DNA from: Nitrospirales bacterium
GTDB lineage: Bacteria; Nitrospirota; Nitrospiria; Nitrospirales; UBA8639
Assembly: GCA_963555755.3 (NCBI GenBank)
Contig: OY820905.2
Location: 2,784,001-2,848,000, forward strand
DNA: 64,000 nt
Reading direction: 5' to 3'
Every line of letters starts with the position of its first letter. Positions within the stretch are counted from its first letter, which is position 1. Shown piece by piece: positions 39,587 through 50,446 of this stretch. The notes below the pieces were generated by a model. That model ran no database searches. It worked only from the letters and a program-made list of their open reading frames with translations, and had not been told where the DNA came from. The translations under genes and the position numbers were made by a program.

Positions 39587-40600
39587 GTGACACGCAAGGT
39601 TTTCAGTCGAATCGTCGGTACGGGATCCTATTTGCCAGAGCGTCTCGTTAGTAATAAGGAGGTGGCTTCGTATTTTGGTTTGCCTGATGAAGACGTGTTT
39701 CGCGTGACAGGCATCAAAAGCCGCCATTGGTGTTATCCGGACCAGACGTGTTCTGATTTGGCGGAACAGGCTGCACGTGAAGCATTGAAGGCTGCAGGCC
39801 AATCCATTGAATCTGTGGATGCTATTTTTGTATCCACCACATCACCCGATACGATTTTTCCGTCAACCGCGTGCTATCTGCAAAAAAAGTTACAAGCTAA
39901 ACACGTCGCGGCCTTTGACTTGGCTGCCTCGTGCACGGGGTTTATTTATGGGCTGTCGGTGGCTGATGCGTTCATTCGATCTGGACAGTATACGTGTTGC
40001 CTAGTTGTGGCAGCGGAGGTGAAATCCCGATATCTTGACGCGTCTCGAAAAGCCAGTGCCATGCTGTTTGGTGATGGAGCAGGAGCTGCCGTGGTGAGGA
40101 GAGAACAAGACGTGGAGACCACGGATCCAAATATGAAGCATGGTATTTTAGGAACTCGATTGTATTCAGACGGGGCTTGCCACGGTCTGATAACGGTACC
40201 AGCCGGGGGATCCAAGTTGCCGGCGACTGCCGACACGGTTCGGAACCATCTACATGCCATTGAGTTGGAGGGTAGCCCGGTTTTTCGAACAGGGGTCAAA
40301 CGGTTGAGTGTGGCCATGGAAGACATGCTTCGGGAGTTTGCCTTCACGGTCGCGGACCTGAAACAGGTGATTGCCCATCAAGCGAACGGACGGATGCTCC
40401 GAGCCATCGCCAAACGTGCACATCTCGCACCGGACCAAATGTTTTCCATGATTGAGCAGGCAGGGAATACCTCTTCTGCGTCCTTGCCAATTGCCTTGGA
40501 CGTGGCTTCCCGTCAAAAGAAGTTTGACTCGGGAGACCTTATCCTCCTGGGCGCATTTGGTGGAGGGTTCACCTGGGGAACAGCGTTGATTCGTTGGTGA
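39587..40600 (+). CDS. fabH: Beta-ketoacyl-ACP synthase III
   Basis: ASCTGF, FGDGAGA, HQAN, GNTSSAS. Confidence 0.93.
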   Translation: MTRKVFSRIVGTGSYLPERLVSNKEVASYFGLPDEDVFRVTGIKSRHWCYPDQTCSDLAEQAAREALKAAGQSIESVDAIFVSTTSPDTIFPSTACYLQKKLQAKHVAAFDLAASCTGFIYGLSVADAFIRSGQYTCCLVVAAEVKSRYLDASRKASAMLFGDGAGAAVVRREQDVETTDPNMKHGILGTRLYSDGACHGLITVPAGGSKLPATADTVRNHLHAIELEGSPVFRTGVKRLSVAMEDMLREFAFTVADLKQVIAHQANGRMLRAIAKRAHLAPDQMFSMIEQAGNTSSASLPIALDVASRQKKFDSGDLILLGAFGGGFTWGTALIRW

Positions 40601-40602
40601 GA

Positions 40603-40813
40603 GAGGGAATGTTGAAAAAGCATGCCCCCGCGGAGGCGGGGGGGCGTCAGTGGCGTTCGTTGTGGACGTGATACGTGAAGCGAAAGAGTCGTTTTGACTG
40701 CTATCTTCTTGCTTCCTTATTCATCACGCATTACGCTTCACCCATTACGAATTAAGCCTTGCTGAGCGCACCTTCCTTCGGCGTTGGCTCAGGACAGGTT
40801 TTGAACATCCCCT
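40603..40813. repeat. Family D shell with heptamer-repeat core and two nested hairpins
   Basis: D TIRs and GGCGTTC / GCCTTGC retained; interior 40667-40749 is a heptamer hairpin. Confidence 0.7.
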
Positions 40814-40953
40814 CTTGCTTTTGGCGGTTCATAGAACCAGTTGACGAAATAGCGGGTCCTGGCCTAAAGTTGCTCGTCTTTTCTTGGGTGGTCACTTACG
40901 TACCAACATTGGTGCAATCCCAACTTCGTCAAAGTTTTTGTAAGGAGGATTAA

Positions 40954-41892
40954 GTGAAAAAGATATATTTAGGCAATCCGCGTGGATTTTGTGCTGGCGT
41001 TGATCGGGCCATCGAAATCGTCGAATTGTCGTTGAAACGGTATGGGGCTCCGATTTATGTGCGACATGAAATCGTGCACAGCCGGCATGTGGTCAATTCG
41101 TTGCGTGAACGAGGGGCTATCTTTGTGGAAGAACTGGATAAGGTCCCAGATGGCGCATTAGTGATCTTTAGCGCCCATGGAGTGGCAAAAGAGGTGTGGG
41201 AAGACGCGAGGCGGCGAAACTTAAAAGTGATCGATGCGACCTGCCCGCTTGTAATTAAAGTCCACAATGAGGTAAATCGCGACCACACCAATGATTATGA
41301 ACTGATTCTCATTGGCCATGCAGGCCATCCTGAGGTGGTCGGTACTCTTGGGCAAATTCCGGATAAATTCCATCTCGTGTCTTCTGTCGAAGATGTGGAA
41401 AAGCTCCATGTGGAGACTGCCGACCATCTGTCCTATGTCACACAAACCACGCTGAGTGTTGATGAATGCCGGGAAATTGTAGAAGCCTTAAATCGTCGGT
41501 TTCCTGGGATTAAAGGACCTCACCAGGAAGACATCTGCTATGCTACGCAAAATCGCCAAAACGTCATTAAAGAGTTGGCGAAATTTGTGGATCTTATTCT
41601 CGTCATCGGTTCTCCGAATAGCTCCAATTCCAACCGCCTTCGGGAATTGGCAGAGAGATTTGCCATCCCTTCCTATCTGATCGATTCCTACAAGGACATT
41701 CAACATGAATGGCTCAAAGGTGTTGAGGCCATCGGGATTACGGCTGGGGCTTCGGCTCCTGAGATTCTGGTGACTGAGGTCGTCTCCTATCTCAAAGGGC
41801 TTGGAGCATCGGAAGTTGAGGAGCTGACGGTTGTCGAGGAGGATGTTGAATTTCTTCTTCCAAAAGAATTAGTTATGCCTGGCCGTAAATAA
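40954..41892 (+). CDS. ispH: 4-hydroxy-3-methylbut-2-enyl diphosphate reductase
   Basis: [26 protein letters not shown]. Confidence 0.97.
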   Translation: MKKIYLGNPRGFCAGVDRAIEIVELSLKRYGAPIYVRHEIVHSRHVVNSLRERGAIFVEELDKVPDGALVIFSAHGVAKEVWEDARRRNLKVIDATCPLVIKVHNEVNRDHTNDYELILIGHAGHPEVVGTLGQIPDKFHLVSSVEDVEKLHVETADHLSYVTQTTLSVDECREIVEALNRRFPGIKGPHQEDICYATQNRQNVIKELAKFVDLILVIGSPNSSNSNRLRELAERFAIPSYLIDSYKDIQHEWLKGVEAIGITAGASAPEILVTEVVSYLKGLGASEVEELTVVEEDVEFLLPKELVMPGRK

Positions 41893-41913
41893 GAAGTCCC
41901 TGTTTTTGATTAG

Positions 41914-41922
41914 TTATCCACA
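41914..41922 (+). promoter_or_regulatory. DnaA box
   Basis: TTATCCACA consensus match upstream of smc. Confidence 0.55.
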
Positions 41923-41943
41923 GCTCGAATAAATTTTTGAAAC

Positions 41944-41991
41944 CCACAATATTTTGCATGTATAGATTCGTCAAACCACAACATTTAGTGT
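41944..41991. promoter_or_regulatory. Tandem NrdR-box-like sites
   Basis: CCACAATATTTTGCAT and CCACAACATTTAGTGT, 32 bp apart, upstream of a TTGATT..TACATT promoter-like pair. Confidence 0.6.
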
Positions 41992-42078
41992 TCTATCTTT
42001 GATTTTTTTATTCCGCTGTGGTACATTCAACAGCCTAAATTCTCCTGTTTTACCCCTTCGAAAAGGCTGACCGGTTTA

Positions 42079-45000
42079 ATGCAATTACAATCGTTGATTA
42101 TCTCGGGGTTTAAGTCCTTCCTCGACGCCAAGATTGATTTCCCCAAAGGGATTACTGCGGTGGTTGGTCCGAACGGTGCAGGGAAAAGCAACGTGGTCGA
42201 TGCCATGTTGTGGGTCTTGGGAGAGCAAAGTACCAAGTCGCTTCGTAGTGAGCGTATGGAAGATGTGATCTTCAATGGGACAGAATCCCGGCAACCTCTG
42301 GGAATGGCTGAAGTGTCCCTCGTGGTCACGGATGTGACGAGTCAAGAATTAGAGTCAGTGGCTGGTGTGTTCGAGGAACTCCCTGGGAATAAAGAATTAA
42401 TGATCACCAGGCGGTTGTATCGTGATGGGGACAGTGAGTATTTCATTAATAAAATTCCCTGCCGTTTGAAGGATATCCGTCTCTTGTTTTTAGAAGCCCG
42501 GGCTGGAACCAAAGGGCATACCGTGATTGAGCAGGGCAACATCGACCAAATTCTTTCCGGGTCCCCACAAGACCGTCGAAGTTTTATCGAGGAGACAGCG
42601 GGTATCGGACGGTTTAAAAAGCAAAAAACCGAAGCCCTGCGGAAACTCAATTCCACGCAGCAAAACCTCGTACGCGTAGGGGATGTGATCGGGGAAGTGC
42701 AAAAGCAACTTCGGACGTTAGAGCGTCAAGCCCGCCAAACCGAGCAATACGGAAAACTGCAAGACGAATGTCGCGGTCTCGAAATTAAAATCTTGAGTTG
42801 GGACTACCATGGACTGGGACGCGAACGTACTGATATTGAGGGCCGTATTGCCACATATGAAGCGCAAGAGGCTGGGCACATGGCTGAAGAAGCCAACGTG
42901 ACGGCGACGCATGAACAACTGAAAGCCGATCAACTTCAGGACGGCCAAGTTGTTGGGACCACGCAAGAAGCGCTTCGCAAGCTTGAATACGAAATGGGGC
43001 AAGCGCTCACCACCCTTGAAGTGGAACGTCATCGCATCCAACTCTACGCGGAACAACAGGCTCAGGGCGCGGAAGAGCAAACTCGGCTTGGCCAGGAATC
43101 AACCAGTACCGTCGGCGCAATAGCCTCATTACACAGTCAATTGACGCAGGCGAGGGAAGAGGCACAACAGGCTGAACACACGCTGACTCGGCTCGATGCT
43201 GAGGAACAAAATCTTGTCGCGAAACGGTCATCGGTTCAAACCCAAGTGGAAGCGCTACGCCAACAAATTTTGAGGCAGACGGTTGAACGGACTCAAACAG
43301 AAACCCGTTTGCAAAATTTAGAAGCTCGACAGGAGGATCGCAGTCTCCACATTCAGGGACTCCAGAAAGACCACGAACAGGGTGAAATCGAGCGTTCGGA
43401 AATAATGGGTAAACTTGCCGGCTTGCGGGAAACGCTGGAGAGTCTGACGCAGCAGGTTCAGTCCACACGGACTCAACGCGAACACGTGTTGGCGCTGCTC
43501 ACTCAACTCGACCAGCAAATTCAAGAAGTCGAGCAGCAACGGGTCGAAGGAAAAACCGAGCGGGCAGGTGCTGAATCCCGTTTGGCTGCCCTCCAGGCCG
43601 TGCTACAGGAAGAATTTGGGTACAAGGGAGGAACGGAGGGCGAGGGTTCGTCAATCCGGCAGGTCTGTCATGGGGTGAGAGAAGCCGTTGGGGAACGGTT
43701 GGAAGTTCCTCAGCATATCGAAAAAGCCATCGAAGCCGCGCTAGGCGAAAACATTCGGGCGTGGGTGGTGGAGGGGGACGGAGATATTATCCAGGCATTG
43801 CAATTCATGAACGATCATGACCTTGGGCGGGGCACCTTCATTCCCACGCAGCCGTTTGACATGGCCGAAGATCAGCCGCCAGCTTGGTGGCCGGAGTTGA
43901 AACAACAGGAAGGGGTTATTGGTCGAGCAACCGAATTGGTACGCCTCCCAGAAGAATTGAAAGCGGTGCTTCATTGTCTTTTGCAACGCGTAGTTGTGGT
44001 TCAAGGCCTTGATCAGGCTTTGGCCTTGGTTCACCAGCGGCGCTGGGGTAACCTCTCTGGTCCCCTCTTTGCCACCCTGACCGGGGAGATTGTTGAGACG
44101 TCCGGGTTGGTGAGCGGAGGTTCCACCGGAGATTCCAGTGGCGTGCTCCAGCGAAGGCGTGAAGTGCGCACCTTGGAGAGTCACCTGACGGATATCGCTC
44201 ACAGCCTTGAGCAGGCAGAACAACGGCACAAGGAAATTCGTCAGCACGATGAATCCGCGAAAGAACAATTGCGGGTCCTTGATGAGTCGTTGAAAGAATC
44301 CGAGCGGAAGGTCCTGATCGCAGAAAATGATATTGGCAATGCCGAGCAGCACGTGTCTGATATCGAGGAACAGGTGCAGTCGCTCACCGAAGAGTTAACC
44401 TCGAGCCAAGAGGAGCTCGTGAGTCTGAAGGAAGAAAGTCAGACCTGCCGGGATCGTCTGGTCCAATTAGGCCATGACCAACACGCCCACGAAACCGACT
44501 TGGCGCAGTTCATGGCCCAACTCCAGGAACTTGAGGCAGAGGCCACCCGATTGTATGAGCAGTTAACTGTGGCCCGGCTTACGATGACGACCCTGCATGA
44601 ACGCCGAGAGCGAACGCAGGCCGATCTGGATCGGATGCAACAGGAAGAAGAAGCTCGACAATCGCGACTACATATTCTGGCTGAGCAAGTTCACATGCTC
44701 GAGTTGAAGGCACAAGACAGTCAAGCGGAACAAGCCCGAGCCGAGGTGCTGTTCAAAGAATTTGAACAACGGAAAGATGAGCTCCAAATCCAATTGCAAG
44801 CGGTTGAAGACCGCCATCATGAAGGGATGCTACGTGTTCGAGAGTTGGAGCAGCGGCTGGCCGACATTCGGAGACAATTCGCGTCCACTCGTGAAAAGCG
44901 GGCAGAGATCGAAGTGCAATTGGCGGAGGTGCGGACGCGGTTGCAAACAGTCATCGATACCTTGACCGGGACCTATGGACAGTCCGTAGAAGAACTGTCA

Positions 45001-45735
45001 AGTCAGTCCCTTGCTCAGGATGATGCCGAGACTTCTGTCGACATGGTCGAGGGTCCGGAGGCATGGCGGGAGCGTGTCCGCATCATCAGAACGCGATTAG
45101 AGCGGATGGGGCCACTCAACTTGGCTGCGATTGACGAGCATCGTGAGCAGGAGGAGCGGTATCAGTTCCTCACGAAACAGGAAACGGATTTATCCGACTC
45201 GATTCAAGCCCTTCAGGAAATTATCGATCGTCTCAGTCAGACCACAAACAAGATGTTTGATGAAACGTTCCAGGCGGTACAGGAAAAATTCGGCGAGGTG
45301 TTTTCCGCGCTGTTTGCCGGGGGGCATGCCGAATTAGTGCTGGCTCAGCCTGAACCGGATGAAGCCACAGAGAACAGCTATGTGGATCCAGGGGTTGATA
45401 TTGTGGCGCAACCTCCGGGAAAACGTCTCAAAAATCTTTCGATGTTATCGGGTGGGGAAAAAGCTTTAACCGTGCTCGCCTTGTTATTCGCCAGCTTTCT
45501 CATCAAACCCTCGCCCTTTTGTATTCTTGATGAGGTGGATGCGCCCCTGGATGAGCCCAACGTCATCCGCTTTGCCCGGTTCCTGACTCAATTAACCAAC
45601 CTGTCCCAATTCCTCATCATCACCCACAATAAACGGACCATGGAGATTGCCGATTCCTTGTTCGGAGTCACCATGGAAGAACCCGGCGTGTCGAAGTTTG
45701 TTTCGGTACGGATCGGCGACCTCCAAAAAGTCTAG
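42079..45735 (+). CDS. smc: Chromosome segregation protein SMC
   Basis: GPNGAGKSN, coiled coils, hinge GRGTFIP, LSGGE, LDEVD. Confidence 0.97.
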   Translation: MQLQSLIISGFKSFLDAKIDFPKGITAVVGPNGAGKSNVVDAMLWVLGEQSTKSLRSERMEDVIFNGTESRQPLGMAEVSLVVTDVTSQELESVAGVFEELPGNKELMITRRLYRDGDSEYFINKIPCRLKDIRLLFLEARAGTKGHTVIEQGNIDQILSGSPQDRRSFIEETAGIGRFKKQKTEALRKLNSTQQNLVRVGDVIGEVQKQLRTLERQARQTEQYGKLQDECRGLEIKILSWDYHGLGRERTDIEGRIATYEAQEAGHMAEEANVTATHEQLKADQLQDGQVVGTTQEALRKLEYEMGQALTTLEVERHRIQLYAEQQAQGAEEQTRLGQESTSTVGAIASLHSQLTQAREEAQQAEHTLTRLDAEEQNLVAKRSSVQTQVEALRQQILRQTVERTQTETRLQNLEARQEDRSLHIQGLQKDHEQGEIERSEIMGKLAGLRETLESLTQQVQSTRTQREHVLALLTQLDQQIQEVEQQRVEGKTERAGAESRLAALQAVLQEEFGYKGGTEGEGSSIRQVCHGVREAVGERLEVPQHIEKAIEAALGENIRAWVVEGDGDIIQALQFMNDHDLGRGTFIPTQPFDMAEDQPPAWWPELKQQEGVIGRATELVRLPEELKAVLHCLLQRVVVVQGLDQALALVHQRRWGNLSGPLFATLTGEIVETSGLVSGGSTGDSSGVLQRRREVRTLESHLTDIAHSLEQAEQRHKEIRQHDESAKEQLRVLDESLKESERKVLIAENDIGNAEQHVSDIEEQVQSLTEELTSSQEELVSLKEESQTCRDRLVQLGHDQHAHETDLAQFMAQLQELEAEATRLYEQLTVARLTMTTLHERRERTQADLDRMQQEEEARQSRLHILAEQVHMLELKAQDSQAEQARAEVLFKEFEQRKDELQIQLQAVEDRHHEGMLRVRELEQRLADIRRQFASTREKRAEIEVQLAEVRTRLQTVIDTLTGTYGQSVEELSSQSLAQDDAETSVDMVEGPEAWRERVRIIRTRLERMGPLNLAAIDEHREQEERYQFLTKQETDLSDSIQALQEIIDRLSQTTNKMFDETFQAVQEKFGEVFSALFAGGHAELVLAQPEPDEATENSYVDPGVDIVAQPPGKRLKNLSMLSGGEKALTVLALLFASFLIKPSPFCILDEVDAPLDEPNVIRFARFLTQLTNLSQFLIITHNKRTMEIADSLFGVTMEEPGVSKFVSVRIGDLQKV

Positions 45736-45736
45736 C

Positions 45737-45858
45737 GCAGGCTGTTCCAAAAGGCCGCCAGCGGCGTTCTCGGGCCTTTGTCGTGCTCACGTACTGGCGT
45801 ACGCTCCGCGCGCCAAAGGCCCTGCGGCCTTGCTGGACGACCTTTTTGAACAGCCTGC
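45737..45858. repeat. Family D element directly after smc
   Basis: TIR GCAGGCTGTTC / GAACAGCCTGC; D core. Confidence 0.9.
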
Positions 45859-45926
45859 TAGGATGTTCGCTCTAGTAACCCAACAAATGAATTTCTGTTG
45901 ATCAAGGTCAGGCCGGATTTACTAAC

Positions 45927-45966
45927 AAAAAGAGCCCGCTCTCTGGCCGAGAGCGGGCTCTTCTTT
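45927..45966. terminator. Bidirectional terminator
   Basis: AAGAGCCCGCTCTC..GAGAGCGGGCTCTT between convergent genes. Confidence 0.8.
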
Positions 45967-45993
45967 CGCTGGCAATCTGAATGTATAATCGAT

Positions 45994-46350
45994 TTAATTT
46001 CGAACGCCGGCCCACACTTTCGCGTCATCGATTTCTTTGTCGGGATTGAGCATTTTGGCCTTTTCAAGTAGAACGTCGGTGGTCTCGGGGATATCAGGGT
46101 CAGAAATACAGCAATCATCAACCGGACAGACCGCCGCACATTGTGGTTCATCAAAGTGTCCTACGCATTCGGTACACCGGTCATAGGTGATCACATACAC
46201 GGTGTCGCCTTCCCCATGTACTCTTTGCCCATCTCCTATTTTGTTATCCTTTTCCTCTGCGGCGCTTATCGTCTCGAAGATTGCCTCGTTGGGGCACTCT
46301 GGCAAGCAGGCTCCACAATTAATACATTCATCAGTTATCAATAACGACAT
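45994..46350 (-). CDS. YfhL-type 2[4Fe-4S] ferredoxin
   Basis: CINCGACLPECP and CTECVGH...CAAVCP. Confidence 0.92.
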   Translation of the reverse strand: MSLLITDECINCGACLPECPNEAIFETISAAEEKDNKIGDGQRVHGEGDTVYVITYDRCTECVGHFDEPQCAAVCPVDDCCISDPDIPETTDVLLEKAKMLNPDKEIDDAKVWAGVRN

Positions 46351-46579
46351 AATCCCTCCTTCTGCTTATCGAGCCACCTACTGATTTTCTGGAAAAACTA
46401 TCTTACGATTCCATCCTAACAGAAACTTCATTCTATTCTTGGGGGCAGGTCTCGTCAACCGAACAGAAGGCCTAGAGGCCTAAGCCATTTGGACCGTTTG
46501 AGAATGGACAATTTGCCAGGGGAGACCCAAGAGAAGGGAACTGATTGGTTGATTTGCTGCATATGACTTTGCGCGAACC

Positions 46580-47347
46580 CTAAGATTTCCATTCTTGGTA
46601 ATCCCAGTACTTGATAAAATGAGGTTGGCCAGCCACTACTAATGCCCCAGCATATCGAGTTCTTGGATACACGGGATACATAGCCCATGGGCGGCTGTTG
46701 AGCCAAGAATCTTCAATTTTGACAATGCTGGCTGGTTGATCGGGTTGGAACGTCACAGTGATGTTGCGAAAGGGAAATGTTAATCCTGTTCCGTGTGCCT
46801 TCGCAAATGCCTCTTTACGAGTCCAACAGGTTAAGAACGCGGCTTTTTGCTTCCGGGAAGGGAGACTGTAAAGCCACTGTTGTTCTTGGGAGTTTAGGAC
46901 GCGTTTGGCGACCGCTTGATGATCTAGTCGAGGTTGGGGTCCTTCCACATCGATCCCGACCTCTGACTCATGGCTGAAGGCAAACAGAGCGATTTTTTGC
47001 GAGTGACTGACGTTGAAATAGAGTTTCCGTACACCTTCATTTTGGACAAAGGGTTTGCCATGGGAGCCAACATCCAATTCGATTTCATGAGGGGAAAGGT
47101 CAAGATAGTGTCCAAGAAGAAATCGCAACATTCCTCGCGCAGCAATAAAGCGTCTCTGATGGCGAGGGAAGCGCAGCCGGCAAGCCCGCTGTTGTTCATT
47201 ACCATTTAAGATTTCCCGGTAGACTTGTAGGCGTGAGGAGGGAATGTCTACAATCCCGCGCCAGACATGCACTTCCCCTTCGTTAAGAGTTAAAGCGTTG
47301 GGTGGAGCAAGCCATTCTTGTGTGGAGTGAAATGTCGAAGTGCCCAA
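46580..47347 (-). CDS. Sfp-type 4'-phosphopantetheinyl transferase
   Basis: GKP, FNVSHS, VGIDVE, WTRKEAFAKA. Confidence 0.9.
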   Translation of the reverse strand: MGTSTFHSTQEWLAPPNALTLNEGEVHVWRGIVDIPSSRLQVYREILNGNEQQRACRLRFPRHQRRFIAARGMLRFLLGHYLDLSPHEIELDVGSHGKPFVQNEGVRKLYFNVSHSQKIALFAFSHESEVGIDVEGPQPRLDHQAVAKRVLNSQEQQWLYSLPSRKQKAAFLTCWTRKEAFAKAHGTGLTFPFRNITVTFQPDQPASIVKIEDSWLNSRPWAMYPVYPRTRYAGALVVAGQPHFIKYWDYQEWKS

Positions 47348-47456
47348 GGTGGAGTGATCCTCATTAGGGATGATTGTGCATAGGATCGCAAATCTGTTCT
47401 TTTATTTCCAATATTTGCAATTCCAATCAAAATAAACTTGTCAATGACCTACTTCT

Positions 47457-48365
47457 TTGGATGAATCCATGATTGCTCCACGTGAATCAGCTGCCCATGT
47501 TGCGTTAATCACCGCCGCCGTTGTGTGGGGAGGATCGGTGGTCGCACAAAAAATTGCGTTGGGAGCGTTCTCTGCTGTGGAAGTATCGGTTTTTCGCGGG
47601 CTTGGGGCTTTAGTGATTTTAATTCCCTTATGGTGGTGGCAAGAGCAATCCAAGACAAAATGGGTGCCCCGAGATCTTGGCGTGCTCACCGCTCTGGGAG
47701 TGGCTGTGGTTGGCAATCACCTGTTGATTCTCTACGGACTGCAGTACCTCGATGCGGGCGCCGCAGGGGTCATTATTGGAGCAAGCCCGGCCATTACGGC
47801 GGTGTTGTCGGCGTTGATTCTCAAAGACGTGCCCTTTAGTCGAGTATGGGTTGGGTGTGCGGTTTCGTTTATCGGGGTGGCTTTAGTTTCCGGTGTCAAT
47901 GCTTCTGATGCCTCAGGCGAAAACCCTCTACTTGGAGCAATCCTTATCGTTCTGGCATTAGTCAGTTGGGCGCTTTACACGATTGGCAGTCGTCGGGTGA
48001 TGGAACGCATGTCGCCACTCACTGTAAATTGGACAACCCTGTTCATTTCGATCTTGATCCAAATTCCCCTGCTGTGGACCGATCACAAAGTCTTCGACGC
48101 TGGGATGGCGAGTGTCCCACCTTCAGGGTGGATGGCGCTAGTGTATGTGATCGTATTTGCAACGGCATTGGGGCAACAAGCTTGGTTGTATGGAGTCTCG
48201 GGCATTGGCCCGTCACGGGCCGGAATATTCATCAATTTGATTCCGGTTTCCTCTCTGCTGTTGTCCGTCGCCATTTTGGGTGAATCCTTTAATTTGGTAA
48301 AGGTTCTCGGCATTGCTCTTGTGCTGAGTGGTGTGTGGCTCGTCACGCGTTCCTCAAGTTCGTGA
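47457..48365 (+). CDS. DMT/EamA-family transporter
   Basis: About 10 TM segments in a duplicated EamA pattern. Confidence 0.88.
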   Translation: MDESMIAPRESAAHVALITAAVVWGGSVVAQKIALGAFSAVEVSVFRGLGALVILIPLWWWQEQSKTKWVPRDLGVLTALGVAVVGNHLLILYGLQYLDAGAAGVIIGASPAITAVLSALILKDVPFSRVWVGCAVSFIGVALVSGVNASDASGENPLLGAILIVLALVSWALYTIGSRRVMERMSPLTVNWTTLFISILIQIPLLWTDHKVFDAGMASVPPSGWMALVYVIVFATALGQQAWLYGVSGIGPSRAGIFINLIPVSSLLLSVAILGESFNLVKVLGIALVLSGVWLVTRSSSS

Positions 48366-48368
48366 AAC

Positions 48369-48445
48369 AGTCGCTAGTTGCTCGTCGCTAGTGAAAAAAT
48401 GAGCAACGACCAACTGTTGTTTTTTCTTCACGAGCAACTAGCGAC
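48369..48445. repeat. Inverted heptamer-repeat hairpin
   Basis: GTCGCTAGTTGCTCG / CGAGCAACTAGCGAC. Confidence 0.7.
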
Positions 48446-48556
48446 AGATCTTCCAAAGGATGTTGGGGTTGCCGAATAGATAGCTTGATGGGATGATGCC
48501 AGAAGACACAATACAGTGTGGATATCAGTAGTCAGGTTGAGAAAGGATAGGGTTTC

Positions 48557-48949
48557 ATGCTGAAAGAGCGAATTGAAGAAGTGACTCGGGCCAATGAGGA
48601 TTTCTATTCGGCCTTTGAAAGTTTAGATATTTCACGGATGGATGCCATTTGGGCTCACCAAGAATATGTCACCTGTATTCATCCCGGTTGGAGTATTCGA
48701 GTGGGGTGGCCACTGGTGCGCGATTCCTGGGTTGTGATTTTCAATAATGTGTTTTCCATGGGATTCTCCCTGACCGAGCTGCAAGTACAAGTTGCCGGGG
48801 ATGTGGCCTGGGTTATTTGTACGGAAAACATCACCAGTCGTCATGGAGATAACACTCAGAATAGTCGAGTGATTGCCACGAACTTATTCGAACGCTTAGA
48901 TGAAGGCTGGAAGATTATCCATCACCATGGGTCACCATTGATGGAGTAA
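48557..48949 (+). CDS. SnoaL/NTF2-like protein
   Basis: FYSAFES, CIHPGW, ATNLF, HHHGSP. Confidence 0.85.
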   Translation: MLKERIEEVTRANEDFYSAFESLDISRMDAIWAHQEYVTCIHPGWSIRVGWPLVRDSWVVIFNNVFSMGFSLTELQVQVAGDVAWVICTENITSRHGDNTQNSRVIATNLFERLDEGWKIIHHHGSPLME

Positions 48950-48985
48950 GGTGGGCGGTGCATTTCTCATGCATGCCCGTGTCGA

Positions 48986-49198
48986 TTACCCAGCTGCTAA
49001 CGCTTTTCCCCAATCCTGGACAATTGAATCCCGTTCTTCCATGGTCATGGCATTGTATTTCCGAAACATGCTCGTGCTGCCCTTTCTCCGCCGCCATTTT
49101 ACGAAATCCGTAAAGTGGTTTTTGCACAGTTGTCCCGTACCCGATGGCGCATAGGCGCGTTTGGGACACCCCTCTAACATGCATTGTTGTTCACTCAT
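48986..49198 (-). CDS. Small Cys/His-containing hypothetical protein (70 aa)
   Basis: MSEQQCMLEGC...LCKNH; AAGGAG RBS; ORF-track extension is repeat-derived. Confidence 0.7.
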   Translation of the reverse strand: MSEQQCMLEGCPKRAYAPSGTGQLCKNHFTDFVKWRRRKGSTSMFRKYNAMTMEERDSIVQDWGKALAAG

Positions 49199-49310
49199 CA
49201 CTCGCTCCTTCACAAAGATGGCATTTAATCCTAGAAACCGCAGTTGGATCACAAAAGTCCGCGCAAGCTCTAGGAGCCTGTCCAAATAAAAAAATGTCTC
49301 ATCACCACGG

Positions 49311-49469
49311 AGGGTTCGCGCAAGAATACCTTCCCCGGTTTGGGTGCTGAGACACCTGTCTGGCAAGGCGCGAGGACTGCGCATACTCCTCGTATGGAAA
49401 GGACGAGCAACGCCGCCAGGCGGGATGGATCGACGCCCAAACCGGGGAAGGTATTCTTGCGCGAACCCT
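49311..49469. repeat. Family A element, copy 2
   Basis: Perfect 33-bp arms. Confidence 0.9.
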
Positions 49470-49728
49470 AAGGTGACCACGACTTTTTGTATTTCACCAT
49501 GCACACCAATATCTTACGCGGCTTTTTTGCGCCCACCTTCCGTTTCTAGGGTAATCAAAAGCCAGTATGCCCAACCGTATAATGCGTTGGCAAATACGGG
49601 GCTGGGAGTGCAGGTACCACGACCTAGAATCTTCTTCCCAACTTGCATTTCCTTTTGGTGACCCGCTATACGTAGCAGATGAGTATTCATTGTTATGACA
49701 AGCTACGGGTGAGAAAGGAGAGTGGAGC

Positions 49729-50226
49729 GTGTTAACCGCAAAAGACGTGTTTGACCAAATAAGTAGTGCAGCCCTCAAATCAACGGATGAAGATGAGCGA
49801 CCCCTGCAAATTGACTATACAGCGTTAGAGACAAAAATTAATTTGGCAATTGGTGAGCGAAAAATTGCGCATCTCTATATCAATGCCGGCATCCCCCATG
49901 GGTATGAAGATCAAGGGCGTTTTAATGCCTTGGCGGTCACCCAAGGGAATGTAGTGTTTGACATGGTTATTGGAGATGATTATTTCCGGTACGACATATT
50001 TTCTATTAACGACGTGGACAAAACACAAATTCAGTATGGTGTGTGGAAAGACGAAGGCGGAAGAAGTGAGAGTGGTGATCTCCTGAAAGCACAAGAGAAA
50101 CCATTTGTATCTCTCACGCTCATGCATGGAGAAGAATCCCATCTTCTTGTGGCATTAGATGATCCGCAACGAGAAAGTGCCTTGTTAGCGTTAGTCAGTG
50201 CCATAACCGCTTCTCGTCACCCATAA
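49729..50226 (+). CDS. Hypothetical protein
   Basis: 165-aa ORF, GGAG RBS. Confidence 0.7.
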   Translation: MLTAKDVFDQISSAALKSTDEDERPLQIDYTALETKINLAIGERKIAHLYINAGIPHGYEDQGRFNALAVTQGNVVFDMVIGDDYFRYDIFSINDVDKTQIQYGVWKDEGGRSESGDLLKAQEKPFVSLTLMHGEESHLLVALDDPQRESALLALVSAITASRHP

Positions 50227-50254
50227 TAATTCAGGGTAGTCCAAGGAAATCCCA

Positions 50255-50298
50255 AAAAAGTGAAGGCCCATCAGGTTGCCCCGATGAGCCTTCACTTA
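50255..50298. terminator. Hairpin / possible terminator between convergent units
   Basis: AAGTGAAGGC..GCCTTCACTT with an A run on the left. Confidence 0.55.
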
Positions 50299-50446
50299 GG
50301 AGGATGGGCCATATGTTCAGGATCCTCCGGCCCTCCTAACCAGCCAATACGTCATTGACGTATTGGTCCATTGATCTGATTCATTCCCGACTCCACTTCA
50401 GCCGTTTTTTCATGGCAGGTTTTTATCGCAGAATTATTTGGGATAA

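Noticed and set aside
41914..41922. oriC
   Set aside because: Single DnaA box, no box cluster and no dnaA context
49265..49290. Third family F copy (CTAGGAGCCTGTCC)
   Set aside because: Only the terminus matches; no interior homology seen
49514..49648. 44-aa minus-strand ORF MQVGKKILGRG...
   Set aside because: The purine-rich motif is too close to the ATG and there is no recognisable domain
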